Source of the DNA: Malacoraja senta
Taxonomy: Eukaryota
NCBI GenBank assembly: GCA_038087875.1
Contig: CM075977.1
Span: forward strand, 50,344,001 to 50,408,000
Length of the DNA stretch: 64,000 nt
Direction of reading: 5' to 3'
Positions 25,961 to 38,125 of the stretch are shown here, in pieces (position 1 is the first letter of the stretch; each line of letters opens with the position of its first letter). Position numbers and translations under genes: made by a program. The notes below the pieces were generated by a model that had not been told where the DNA came from, ran no database searches, and saw only the letters and a list, made by a program, of their open reading frames with translations.

Positions 25961-28937
25961 AGCATGAGGGGGGTGCTGTTATCTTGACACCATGTTGCTC
26001 TGCTTTCTATCCTTCCAATACTCTGTATCATCATTGTTTGAAATCTGGCCCATGGCTGGACATCATCTGCAACGATATAAATGGAGTTGGAGCAGAATTT
26101 GGCTGCACAGTATATAGTAGGGAGTATTATAAGGAGCTGAGAATGCATCTTTGTGGGGCACCAACGTTGAGAATTATCGTGGAAGATATTTTGTCACCTA
26201 ATTTATGGGTCAGGATGTCGAGGATCCATTTGCAGAGGGTGGTACTGAATCCCCAATCCAGGAATTTGGAGAGGAATTTGGTTGGAATTTTGGCATTTGA
26301 AGTATGAGGTATAGTCAATAATTAGGAGTCTGATGTAGGTGTCCTTGTTATCCAGATGTTCCAGAGATGAATGTAGGGCCAGGGAGATGGCATCTAGGCT
26401 AGACCTGTTGTAACGGTCTTCCAGCTGGTCAGCACAGGTTTTGAGGCCAAGCTTCTGGAGGGTATCAACCCGAAGTGTCATCTGTCTATTCTCTCCACAG
26501 ATGCTGCATGATCTGCCGAGTTGTTCCAGTTCAATATTCCAGCACCTACAGTTATTGTCTCCATTCTTGGGGTTGGTCTGGTTGAAGTCACTGGTTATTA
26601 TGAACCAGACCTCTGGGTACTTTTTCTTTGTGACAGTTCTAGTTAGGTATACAAATAAGACAGTGGTCATCTGAAGATAAATAAAATGTATATATTTATT
26701 GTCTCTTCTGCCTGGTCATAATGAACAATGGTTTTCTAAATTCCATACTTAACCTCACTTGTTAACAATCATGACTGCTTGTGCTTGCAAGTTAGTTCCC
26801 GGCCATGTCTGGACTATATGTTGGGACTATGCAAATCTATGTATTGGTGTAGAACAATAATAAAGATTTAGTTGATTTTATCCTATCTGAAAAATTCCAA
26901 TATTGAGGAATTAATCTCAATGGCCACAAGTCTCTCGTCAAGAACTGCTGGTAAGATTATGATTCTATGTAGGAAGCTGTCAAGGTAGCACAATTAATGT
27001 ATACAATAAGATTATTTGTTGGACAAATGTTTTGCCTTCTCGGCCTTTGAAATATGTGCTCAGTCAAGGCAAAATTTTATTTCAGCATTTTTCATTTAAT
27101 TTAATAAATAATAATTTAAACGTGCAGGATGCCAAAGCTGGTTGTTTGGTTTAAATATTCAGTCTCAAACTGTGAGCTATAGGATACTGGGCTGAATGCT
27201 TATTCCAAAGAGTGTAGGAAAGTAAATGAATTTGGACATCTCCCTGGGTGATGTTCTCAGCGCCAAAGATGCCCTTTAAATTCCTGTATAGAACAACACA
27301 GCACATGTCTGTGGCGACCATGATGCTAGTCTAACTAATCCCATTGGCTTGCACATGTCTGTATGCTTCTATTACCTGCCTGTTCGTGTGTCGGTCTATC
27401 TGTCTCTTAAATATTGTTATCGTATCTACTTCTACCATCTTCCCTGGCAACGGAGAGAAAATCTTATTGTTTTGTGAGTGATCAAGATCAGGCACGTCAA
27501 AGCCAAGAGTGAATTGTCTCAACCATATTTTGCGGGAGTATTGCAAATTGAATTTTCTCACCTTTGAACGGGAAACAAGAACGCTTGTCGTTTTCCTTAT
27601 TCCTACAGAATTCCTGGAAGAGCATGAGCTTCTCTTGGGAAAAGTTTGGAAATGTGTTTTCCAATGTAGAAGGGAAAAAATGTTTGACCAATTTATTGTA
27701 TTTCTTTGAGGAAATCCCATCAGTTTAGAGGGTTATCAGCCAAGTGTAGATGGGGCATGTTGGTCGGTGTGGCAAATTGGGCAAAGGGCTTGTTTCCACA
27801 CTGTATGACTCTGACGCTGTGTAAATTACAGTTGTGGAGGCATCAAAGGTAAATTTGGTAGAAGGGCATAAGGTAGCCAAAAAATGTAGGAGGTTGAGTT
27901 TACAGACTAACAGAAGGCAATTGAAATATAATGTCGGGAGATGCAAATTTGTGCATCCTATTTTAACACCCCTAGACCATTTTGGGTTATTTTTTGGCAT
28001 TTGCACGGGGTGTCAGTACCATTCCCATAGCTTGCATTGTATAGTCTTGGTCTCCACGCTTTAAGGCACGATTACAAGTCATCAGTTTGAAACATTAATA
28101 GCCCTGTCTCACGGTGCGAGTCCACCCACGAGTGATCCCGAGTGAAAGAAAAAAATCAAACTCATGTTTTCTACGAGATTCCAAGTTTATGTTCACGAGT
28201 TTAAACGAGTTCCCACGTGTATGTCTAAGTTTGCCGTTTACTTCTCATTTCTGCGATGTACCAAGTTCCTCTCCCGAGTTACTCTTGAGCCAACAACGAC
28301 TACCGCCGTGTGGAAAAATCATCACATGGTAAAAATGATGTCATGCAGTTTTTTTTCACTATGAAAAGCCTCCCATGTTTAAATTTCTTAGGGTTACGGA
28401 ATCAAGGGATATGGGGAGAAAGCAGAAACGGGGTACTGATTTTGGATGATCAGCCATGATCATATTGAATGGCAATGCTGGCTCGAAGGGCCGGATGGCC
28501 TACTCCTGCACCTATTTGCTATGTGTTTATACCTTTTAAATGTTTTGACATGCGTTTCAGGATTCCAGCATCTGTCTTTTCCAATATCCCTTTCCCTGTA
28601 TTTCTCTTGGGCTTTTCCTCCATCTGCCAGTCCATCTGAGTGTAGATATGAAGTTCTTCTTGGCTGTCCAACTGTATGTGTGGACTTTCCATTAAAAGTC
28701 ATCCATGATCATTATCCCACAATCCTTCAGGTGTTTTTGCTACTCATTTCTCATCATGGGTTCATACAACACAGAAACAGGCTCCTCCGCCCACCATGTC
28801 CATTCCAACCATAGCCTTCCTGACCGTTATTCGAGTTCTGGCCCATATACTTTGTAAATCTGCATCCGTCGCGTTCTCAGATTACGACTACAGTACTTAC
28901 TGGGTTGAGAAAAAAAATCATCAGATGCCCTCTAACC

Positions 28938-29065
28938 AGTCTGAAGAAGGGTTTCGGCCCGAAACGTTGCCTATTTCCTTTGCTCCATAGATGCTGCTGC
29001 ACCCGCTGAGTTTCTCCAGCATTTTTGTGTACCTTTGATTTTCCAGCATCTGCAGTTCCTTCTTT
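28938..29065 (+). mobile_element. Penelope-terminus-derived repeat with hammerhead-like core (28941-28968)
   Basis: CTGAAGAAGGGTTTCGGCCCGAAACGTT followed by the shared GATGCTGC...GCTGAGTTTCTCCAGCATTTTTGTG body. A related inverse copy lies at 34050-34177. Confidence 0.7.
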
Positions 29066-29892
29066 AACCCTCTATTCCACCTGCTGCTCACGTTAAATCT
29101 ACGCCCTTTGATGAGTTCAATTCATCTGATTATTGTCTGTCCTCATTCATTTCATTATACGTTCACTTGAGCAGCGTGTGTCACTGCTCCAGGGACCCGG
29201 GTTCGATTCTAACCTCCGGTACTATTTTATGGAGTTTCCCCCAAGTGCTCCCTTTTGCTCCCCGCACGCTGCTTTGTTGTATGAATGCTCCCCGTAACAC
29301 CTGCTGTGTTGTATGAACCCATTACTCGATGAGAAATGAATGGCAAAAACACCTGAAGGACTGTCACCTTCCCCCAATGTGTCGGTGAGTGGTCGAATGG
29401 GGCTCAGGTGGGAAATTGATGTGAATGCGGGCAGAAATGAGTTTGAGGTAAATGAGTGTTTGACGGCTGGCTCAGTGGGCAGGAGGGCCTGTTTCTACCC
29501 TTTGGAACATTTTCACCAGCTGTGTGCGCTGCCATACGCGAAGCTTCGCTATTTGTAAAGGTTTCTTGTCTAATGAACTTTTTTTAAACTCACTGAACCC
29601 GAGTTTTGGGATTTTTCAATATATAGGCTGACGGTTAGTACATTTCTCACCCCTGTTTATTCATCGCTCGGCAGACTGTATTTCGGGGATCTCGCCTCAA
29701 ACCTGTATCATTGGCCACGTTATCATATCCTGCACTGTTTTATCTGTGACTGTGGATGGCAGTGAACGACCCCAAAGGATATTCCCCTTCGTGTTGGTAA
29801 AGTTTTGCAATTGGTTTATTTTTCACATAAAGGCGATTTATTTTTAAGAGTTGGTGTGGATCATTTCATTTTCAAATAATCTTATTCAAACA

Positions 29893-30072
29893 AGAGATGG
29901 ACACAAAAAGCTGGAGTAACTCAGCGGGTCAGACGGCATCTCCGGAGAAAAGGAATAGGCGACGCTTCGGGTCGAGACTCTTTTTTTCAGTGATGCTGCA
30001 TGACCCGCTGAGCTACTCCAGCTTTTTGTGCCTGTCTTCGGTGTAAACCACCATCTGCAGTTCCTTCCTACA
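29893..30072. mobile_element. Palindromic Penelope-terminus-derived short element, 12-bp TSD
   Basis: Inverted arms GACACAAAAAGCTGGAGTAACTCAGCGGGTCA and TGACCCGCTGAGCTACTCCAGCTTTTTGTG. TSD CTTATTCAAACA at 29881-29892 and 30073-30084. Confidence 0.8.
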
Positions 30073-30367
30073 CTTATTCAAACAGGAATGCATTCACTCC
30101 CCCACCCTCCCCGCCCCACATAATGCATCAAACCTCTGAAGCAGTAATGTGAAAGGCACATAAACAAGGGAAGTGACCTGCCCTTGGAAATCTGGAAATA
30201 TTGGTTGTTGGTCGCTCTATTCCAAAGGCCAAGGTGAGATTCCCACAGGTGTCTCCAGCATCAGGCAGACATGGCGAACCTTTTTTTACTCACCTTTTTT
30301 TTTCTCTCTCTGTCCAGCTGCCGAGTTAACTCAACGGGTCATGCAACGGTGATGTTTGAAGGAAGGA

Positions 30368-30627
30368 AGTTTGGAAGGAAGGAATTGCAGATGCTAGTTT
30401 AAACCAAAGATAGACACGGGCCAGGCAACATCTCTTGAGAAAAGGAGTAGGCGACGTTTCGGGACGGGACCCTTCTTCAGGCTAAGACCCAGCCTGAACA
30501 ACGATCTCGACCCGAAACATCACCTATTTCTTTTCTCCAGAGATGCTGCCTGACCAGCTGAGTTAGTCCATCATTTTGTGTCTATCTTTGGTTTAAACTA
30601 GTATCTGCAATTCCTTCCTTCAAACTT
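30368..30627. mobile_element. Palindromic Penelope-terminus-derived element with hammerhead-like core on the minus strand
   Basis: Long inverted arms. 30453-30480 reads CTGAAGAAGGGTCCCGTCCCGAAACGTC on the minus strand. Confidence 0.75.
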
Positions 30628-33029
30628 TTAGAGCAGTTTGTTTCAAGAAACAATCCTTCCAAAATTGCTCAAACTTGTTGCATTTGCCTCTTTAATTTGA
30701 GATGAACCACATTAAGATTGCAACTCGCTTTCCAAAGAAAACCAGGACAACTCAATGAAGCTGCATCAACTCAACATTGTCCTGCATTGAATGTTTGGTT
30801 TGATTGAGCTGCATCACTAAAACTGATCCGTGCCCTTCCCTTTAGTAATACTAAAAGCCATGCTGTGCTAAGGCAACGGGTGTCCATTTGAACTGCATTT
30901 GTTCAAGGTCTGGAATCAATCATTGAAAGGCATAACTCACTGAAAATGAATTGCTAGATCACTGTTAAATTTCCCATTAAGATCTGACTAATCTTCAACA
31001 TTTCACTTCTGGCATTCAGGCCAAACCCACGAGTTACTTACGAGTCACTACGGTAAACTCACAGGCTACTACGGTATTACAACAAGTTTAAAAGTTTCAA
31101 ATTTTTCCTTCAAGAGTAAATTTTACTCATGGAAATCTTTCAACATGTTGGAAAATTTTCACGAGTTAACAAGTTTCCCGAGTACCTGCCGTTAGCGTTA
31201 CGAGTCGATAAGTTACGTCCACGAGTTCCGACGTTCCTGCTACGTTAATTCTACGTGATTACCACGAGTTTGATTTGTTTTTAACTCGGGATCACTCGTG
31301 GGTGGACTCCCACCGTGAGACAGGGGTTTAACTCTGTTTCTGTTCCACAGATGCTGCTTGATTTGTTAAGATTTTCCAGCATTTTATATTTCTTCCCCAG
31401 CACCTGCAATATTATGCTTTGTGTTCCCAAGCTATCCCTGTTCTCTCTCACTTTGGAGGTTCCATGTTCAGGCACTAACACATTTACAAAGAAGAAATGA
31501 AAGCAAGACAAGCTGTCGGTTTCCCAGAAATGTAGAAGGGAAAAAATGTTTGACCAATTTATTGGATTTCTTTAAAATGTTTGACCAATTTATTGGATTT
31601 CTTTAAAAGAAATAGGATAGGCTGGTTTAGAGCATTTTAAAACTAGTTTGTTTTTTTTTGCTTTCATGAGCTTTTTTTAAACTGCTCCGATAATCACCAT
31701 TAGGCGGATTTGGCCGTGGTGTTTGATATAACAATTTTTTAGCCACAAAGTGGGATAGGGATAATTTGTACATGGAAGAAGCAGATATATTCAGGTTCCA
31801 TTAGGCAAATGTAAATAACAAATACAATGTATAAGTAGGGCTTTATTTTATTTTTATGTGACAAAAGCATAAAAATCCCTTTCGGCCACTTTGGAAGATC
31901 TTTTTTTGTTCACCAATACACATCATGCAAAATCTGTGGCAAAATTGTTTTGATTTTCAAAATGTTCATTTAAGCTACTGGAGACTTCCACATTATGGAG
32001 TGGTTGTGTTCCCAGTAAACTTTGTATTGTAACTTTCCACCACACAAACCCTTTTTCCTATAGAATCCCATATTATAAGTGGAGAAGCATTCCTTAAGGA
32101 TGTTTTTCTCTCAACGATAATGATAGTATCAGATTGCCTTGTCTAAAACAAATCTCTTGAATGGCAACAGCTGCATTTGGAGGCAAGTGACTACAGATGC
32201 TCTAACGGGGGGAGGGGGCAAATTAGCAGATACAATGCAGATACTGGTTTACAAAAAAATGATACAAAGTACTAGAGTGACTCAGCAGATTGGGCAGAAT
32301 CTCTGGAGAACCCACCCATATTCTCCGGAGATGCTGCCTAACCCACTGAGTTACTCCAGCACTGTGCCTTTTTTTGAGGTTAAAATAACAAGGGAAGAAC
32401 TTTCTGGGGGAGATGAGGTGAAACTGCTAGAGAACAAAATGAACCTTCATGCCTAAAAATAAATAGCACATTACCTACAAATGTGTCAAGAAATGCAAGC
32501 TGAAAGCGATGATAATGCACAAAATTAGGTTATTTCACATTTTGATTTTATTCATATTTTTGTCTACATAAATTCCACAAGGAAGTTTTATTCTGTATTT
32601 TGGGATTTTGGATAGTGAATTGTCAATTCAATAGGGGTGAATTTAAATAAACTGAACAGCTGTAACCCAGGGGTCGCTTAATCCAATTTGAAGGATGCAC
32701 AAATCAGTGGGATAAATCTGGTGAAAATAACCAGAAGAGTAAAAGCACTGAAGGGGTGAAAGAAATTCCAGTTCAAATGAACAATGAAAAGCATGACCTG
32801 TAAATACCACAGAATTGTTATATCTCTGGTTACAAGCAAAGCAGCACGTCAAATTTCAGAGAATCAACACAGCCTACTCAATTCAATTGTTTTAATCCGG
32901 TCCTGATTTCTAGAGAGACAAATATTTTTTTTTTTAATTGTACACATTCTAAATTTGTTTGTGTAGTGTTGGTATTAGGAATCACCTAGAAATGCTGGTC
33001 AATGGGATAAGTATAAATAGGTAGTTTAC

Positions 33030-33300
33030 TTTAGAGATACAGCATAGAAACAGGCCCATTGGTCCACCGAGTCTACGCTGATCACCTGCTCACCCCAGCT
33101 CTGTTATCCACTTACGCATTCATGCCCTACACATTAGGGGCAATTTACATAGGCCAATTAACCTACAAACCCGAATGTCTATGGGATGTGGGAGAAAACG
33201 GGAGTACCCGGAGGAAACCAAAGCAGCCACTGAGAAAATGCAAACTCCACAACAGACAGCACCTGAGGTCAGGATCAAACCCAGGTCTCTGGCACTGTGA
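33030..33300 (-). mobile_element. tRNA-derived SINE
   Basis: Minus strand has a B-box-like GGGTTTGATCC, the GGTTTCCTCCGGGTACTCCCGTTTTCTCCCACATCCC core and a CR1-like tail. Related copies lie at about 2985-3215 (+), 15390-15560 (-), 29170-29500 (+) and 34280-34485 (-). Confidence 0.75.
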
Positions 33301-35734
33301 GATACTTGGTCAGATACAAGGTGAACCAAGGGCTAAACCGCGCCAATCCCATAATGGATGAAGGGAGCATCTAAATATTGCTTCATAGCAATATTCTCAA
33401 CGCCAACACCCACGATATCTGTTGTACCTTTTTTGCTCCAGGTGTTTGTTAATCTTGTGTAAATTACAGCTGTTATAAGAAACTAGGATTTTTGAGATTA
33501 TGATCATTATCTGATTCAAAACATTTTCTCTTGTTAAAAGTTGGGTTAATGGGCATATCAAGCAACCTGTTGGATATTTAAAGAATCTTGCGTTGTCCTT
33601 CTGCAGACGAGCATTTCCTCATGTTTTTTTCCTCTTGGCTACAACCAAAATCTTTACTATATGAATATAAGATGGATGTTTGTATCTTACAGTGCTTGTA
33701 TTAATTGATCAAATTGTGTTAAGGTAGGGAGCTTTTGCATTTTTCAGCTTGAAATTGTGCAATCTGGTGCATACTGTAGCGAGTCTTTTAACTTGCATAT
33801 GAATGCAACATTTATGCTTTAAATTGGATTAGGTATGAATAAGGTTAGGCTAGATTACATTCCTAATTACATTCCACAATAGAGCCAGGCTCTGATCAAC
33901 AGGTGCAGCACATGAATGACTGTATTCATATATGGAAATCAGATTATATTCATGCTGTTATGTATATATATAGAGAGAAAAACTCGGAGAAACAAAACAA
34001 AAGTCGGACTTCCATCACTGTTCTGCACAAATAAATCAATCAACCTTGTTCAAGAAGGAACTACAGATGCTGGAGAATCGAAGTTAGACAAAATTGCTGG
34101 AGAAACTCAGCGGGTGCGGCAGCATCTATGGAGCGAAGGAAATAGGCAATGTTTCGGGCCGAAACCCTTCTTCAGACGGTTTCAACCTTACCCTTTGAAT
34201 ATAGAAACAAGACAGAAATAATGCCACATATTCAATCTTATATGGTTCAATGAAATTAAGATATATATGTAAAAATATATATGGAAACAGGCCCTTCCGC
34301 CCACAAAGTCCACACCGACCAGCAATCTATCATACACCAATTCCATCCATCACGCCAGGGACAATTTACAGAAGCCAATTAACCTACAAACCTGCACTTC
34401 TTTCGGATAGGGGAGAAACCGGAATATCCAGAGAAAACCCATGTGGTAGTAAGGCAGCAACTCTACCACTGCGCCACCGTGCCACCCCATTAAATTATTT
34501 TTTCTGTAATATATTTATTATGGTGTCACGTGAATAAAGATGAACACATGATTCTGATTTCTGCCCTTAATTGGATAACACACATGTCCAGTCATTGTGT
34601 TTTATGCCTGGTTTTCAACCTCTTCAGGCTGAAGGTCTTGACTCGAAACATCATCCATTCTTTCTCTCCAGAGATGCTGCCTGCCCTGCTGCGTTTTTCT
34701 AGTTTTTAGTGTCTATCTTCAGTTTAAACCAGCATCTGCAATTCCTTCCTACACTATTTGTTAAGCAAAACAGGTCCTATTCTCATTATATAATTTTGTG
34801 ATCAGCGTGAGAGCATGAGAATGTTGTGAAATGTGTGAGTCTCACGCTCAATGCGTGAGAGTTGGCAGCCCTGCTAATAATGCAAACATTTTATGCACGT
34901 TCCAATTGTTTGGACAAAAATCACTTATTACTGCTTTATAACAGTTAATTTACATTAAGACCATTTCAGAAATTATGGCAGTCAACAAAAAATCAACTGA
35001 CAAATTAAAGCAAACTAAAAAAAATAACATGTTCCCTTTCCTGACTCTACCTCATAAGTACTTTAACGCTGTTAACAGATCAAAGGGATATTAATCGCAA
35101 GAATCAAAATGGGGAAAGTGAGGGCAGTTTTGCTTAAATGGTCATTCTAAGCCCATTCAGATCTGCATAGAGTCAGAGTTATACAACATGTACATGGCTG
35201 GCCCAATTTGTCCATAATGATCAAGTTGGCATTCTGCGTGCCCAGGGACTGGCTGCCGTTCCCAGATCAGCTCGCTGCAGGGACTGGCTGCAGTTCTCAG
35301 GTCGGCTCGCCTGCCCCGACCCCGTGAAAACGAATTGGAAAAAAAAACTTGTTTTTTTCGGGTTACGGGCCGGATTCGGCCCGTGTGCCGTAGGTTGCCG
35401 AACCCTGTCCTAGATGATTGGCCTCATTGTGGTCCCCCCCCATGTTTTACAACCAATTCACCTGGTTAATTCTATCTCCGGCTGCTTCATGTTGTCGGCG
35501 GCTGCACATCCAACCAAGAAAGAAGAAAAGAGAAGAGATGCGATGTCACTCACAGCCACCAACTGACGCGCTTCCCCAGACTGCACAGATCGCTGTGATG
35601 TGGCGCAAAAGAGACAAACTGCAGGGACTGAAGACAGCGGGAGAATTCTGTCATCAGCGTAAGCATTGGCTGAAATGCGTGACTCTCACGCTCAAAGCGT
35701 GAGAGTTGGCTGCCCTGTCTAAGGCCAGGATGTG

Positions 35735-36156
35735 ACAACAGACACACAGGGAGACACATACACAAAGGAACACACACACGCGCACACACACACAGACACA
35801 CACATGCAGACAGACAGACACACACAGGGAGACAGACAGACACACACACGGGGAGACACACACAAACACAGAGACACATACACACAGGGAGACACACACA
35901 CAGGGAGACACACACACACGGAGACAAACAACAAACACGGGGAGAGACACACACAGGGAGACACACAGACACGCACACACACACGGAGACACACACACAC
36001 GCACACACACGGAGACACACACACACAGGGAGGCACACACACACAGGGAGACACACACATAGGGAGACACACACACAAGGAGACACACACAGGGAGGCAC
36101 ACATACACACACAAGGAGACACACACAGGGAGACAGACACACAAGCACACACACAC
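35735..36156. repeat. (CA)n-derived minisatellite, unit approximately GGGAGACACACACACA
   Basis: Directly visible tandem low-complexity array. Confidence 0.95.
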
Positions 36157-36364
36157 CTTTCCTTCCCCCTCGCTCCATCCTCCCCTTCCTCCCTCCTGCC
36201 CCCATCCTTCCCTCTTTCCCCCCCTCCCTCTTTCTCCACTTTCTCCTTTCCTTCCTTCATCCCCTTTCTACATTTCCTCCCCTGTCTCTCTTTGCCTCCA
36301 TCCCTCCCTTTTTTTCTTTCCCTCTCTCTCTCTCTCTCTCTTTCCCCCCTCCCTCTCTCTCCCC
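36157..36364. repeat. Polypyrimidine (CT-rich) tract
   Basis: About 200 nt almost exclusively C/T. Confidence 0.9.
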
Positions 36365-37508
36365 AGCCGCCCAATGGGGAGTCTGGCGGGCACGGTGTAG
36401 CGTGGATTGGCGGCACTGGCGCTGCCTTGTGAGTTGGAGGGAGGGAGGGAGGGAGCGAGGCTGCAGCAGCGCTCACAGCCGGCACATAGAGCTGCTGACA
36501 CCCGGCGGCTGCACATCCAACCAAGAGAGAAGAGACGCGACGTCACTCACAGCCGGCAACCGACGCGCTTCGCCAGACCGTGCAGATCCCTGGCATGCGG
36601 TGCAAAGGGACAAACTGTGCAGGGACTGAACTCAGCGTGAGAACTCGGTCATGAGCGTGAGGGCGTGAGAATTTGCTCCAAGGCGTGATTCTCAGGCTGA
36701 AAGCGTGAGAGTTGGCAGCCCTGTGTTTAGTTAAATCCTGAACAAGCTACCTGATACAGTGGTGGGTTATGGGAAGAAGGCAGAAAATGGGATTAGGTGG
36801 CAGAGATCAGCCATGATTGAATGGCAGAGTAGACTCGATGGACTGAAAGGCCTTATTCAACTCCTGTCACTTGTGAATTTGTGGAATGTGTGATAGGTGC
36901 TTAAAATAGGAGAGGCTTAGGATAGAGGCCTTCATGTGGGCAAAAGAGATTAGTGTAGATGGGAATCATGATTGGCATGGATGAATTGGGCCGAAGGTGC
37001 CCTTTTTATGTGCTTAATGCATCTATAATTGTATGAATAATCTGCTAAACTGTTTTGTAAAAACAGTGAAATATTTTATTGATCGTGCGCTGACATTTGA
37101 CCAGTCCAAAATGACTATACTCTTGGAAAATGTAAACATGGTGAACTGATTATTTTATACTTGGTTGTATTAAGGTTTTATTAAGTGTCTGAATTAATTA
37201 GTTGACAGATGTTAGAATATTTAATTTAGTTGGCAGGTGTCCATCAAACAAGCATAGTTTCTGCTGTTGTAAATATGACTGATTTTAACTTATTGATAAC
37301 AATCACAACAAATGCAATATGTTGTCATATTTGTCATGGGAAAGGTGTATTAAAACACTACCTGCTACACTGAAAGATTTTCAAGATTCTCATCGTAAAA
37401 GACAATATTTTCACCTGATTGAGGCTGCAAATTATTTTGACAGTTCAGGCTCTTTCTGGACTAATACATTTTCCAAAACCGGTAACTGCCAGCTCCAGTC
37501 AGGACCAT

Positions 37509-37634
37509 GGGGTGGAAGATTGCAACCTTCACGTGGTCCGCCCTGTTTCGACGAATGCAATCAACCCGGCGTGCACAATCAAATAGAACAAGTTGTCCTA
37601 CAACTTTAGGCTGTGCACGCCATACGCAAGAAGA
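37509..37634 (+). mobile_element. 126-nt structured retroposed insertion with (AAG)n tail, 12-bp TSD
   Basis: TSD AGTCAGGACCAT at 37497-37508 and 37635-37646. Stem GGCGTGCACA/TGTGCACGCC. Confidence 0.72.
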
Positions 37635-38125
37635 AGTCAGGACCATCTATACTTCTTCATGGTCCCATTTAGTCTATCTGCAAACAAACTATTTTGAATG
37701 ATGTACAAGTTAAATGTATGTCAAAACTCTTAAACAAGTAGAAAATCATTTTTAAAAAGCTGGCCATTCAACTCCTCAAGCCTTTTTCCAGCACAAAGTG
37801 TGTCTCCCTTAAAAGATATTTGTATATACCAAAACCGTGATAACTTATTTCTACTTGACGAGCTGGAAGTTGGCAGTTATCCTTCTCTAGATCGTCAGTC
37901 CAGGAGAGGGCTGACGAATTTCTTCACCAATCTGAAGTGGCTGTGCACCATAATCTGCAATGTGCATCATATTCTCCCTGAAGGCCAAATACAATTGACC
38001 ACTTTGTCAACAAATAGACCAGCATAAATTAAGGAACACTAACCTCAAGTTATGCCTGGGTGTGTGTTCCTGAAAACCACCGTGTAAATTGACACCTCAT
38101 AACTGGAGACTTTAACTCTGTTGAA

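Larger units (their letters stand above)
28100..31327. mobile_element. Two halves of a Harbinger-like MITE (28100-28380 and 31020-31327) separated by ~2.6 kb
   Basis: About 65-bp inverted termini CCCTGTCTCACGGTG(C/G)GAGTCCACCCACGAGTGATCCCGAGT..AAATCAAACTC. Confidence 0.65.
34795..36723. mobile_element. Cluster of hAT-like element right ends (three copies ending GCGTGAGAGTTGGC(A/T)GCCCTG)
   Basis: The same terminal motif ends at about 34872, 35717 and 36723. 35495-35717 and 36502-36723 are homologous. Confidence 0.6.

Noticed and set aside
27509-27709. 66-aa ORF in unique-looking sequence as a possible exon or transposase remnant
   Set aside because: No recognisable motif or convincing splice sites, and it overlaps a locally duplicated segment.
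29170-29230. tRNA-like GGGTTCGATTC motif
   Set aside because: B-box of a tRNA-derived SINE head, with no complete cloverleaf.
35550-36524. 324-aa and overlapping Cys/Val- or Thr/His-rich ORFs
   Set aside because: Translations of a (CA)n minisatellite and CT tract, open in several frames because of low complexity.
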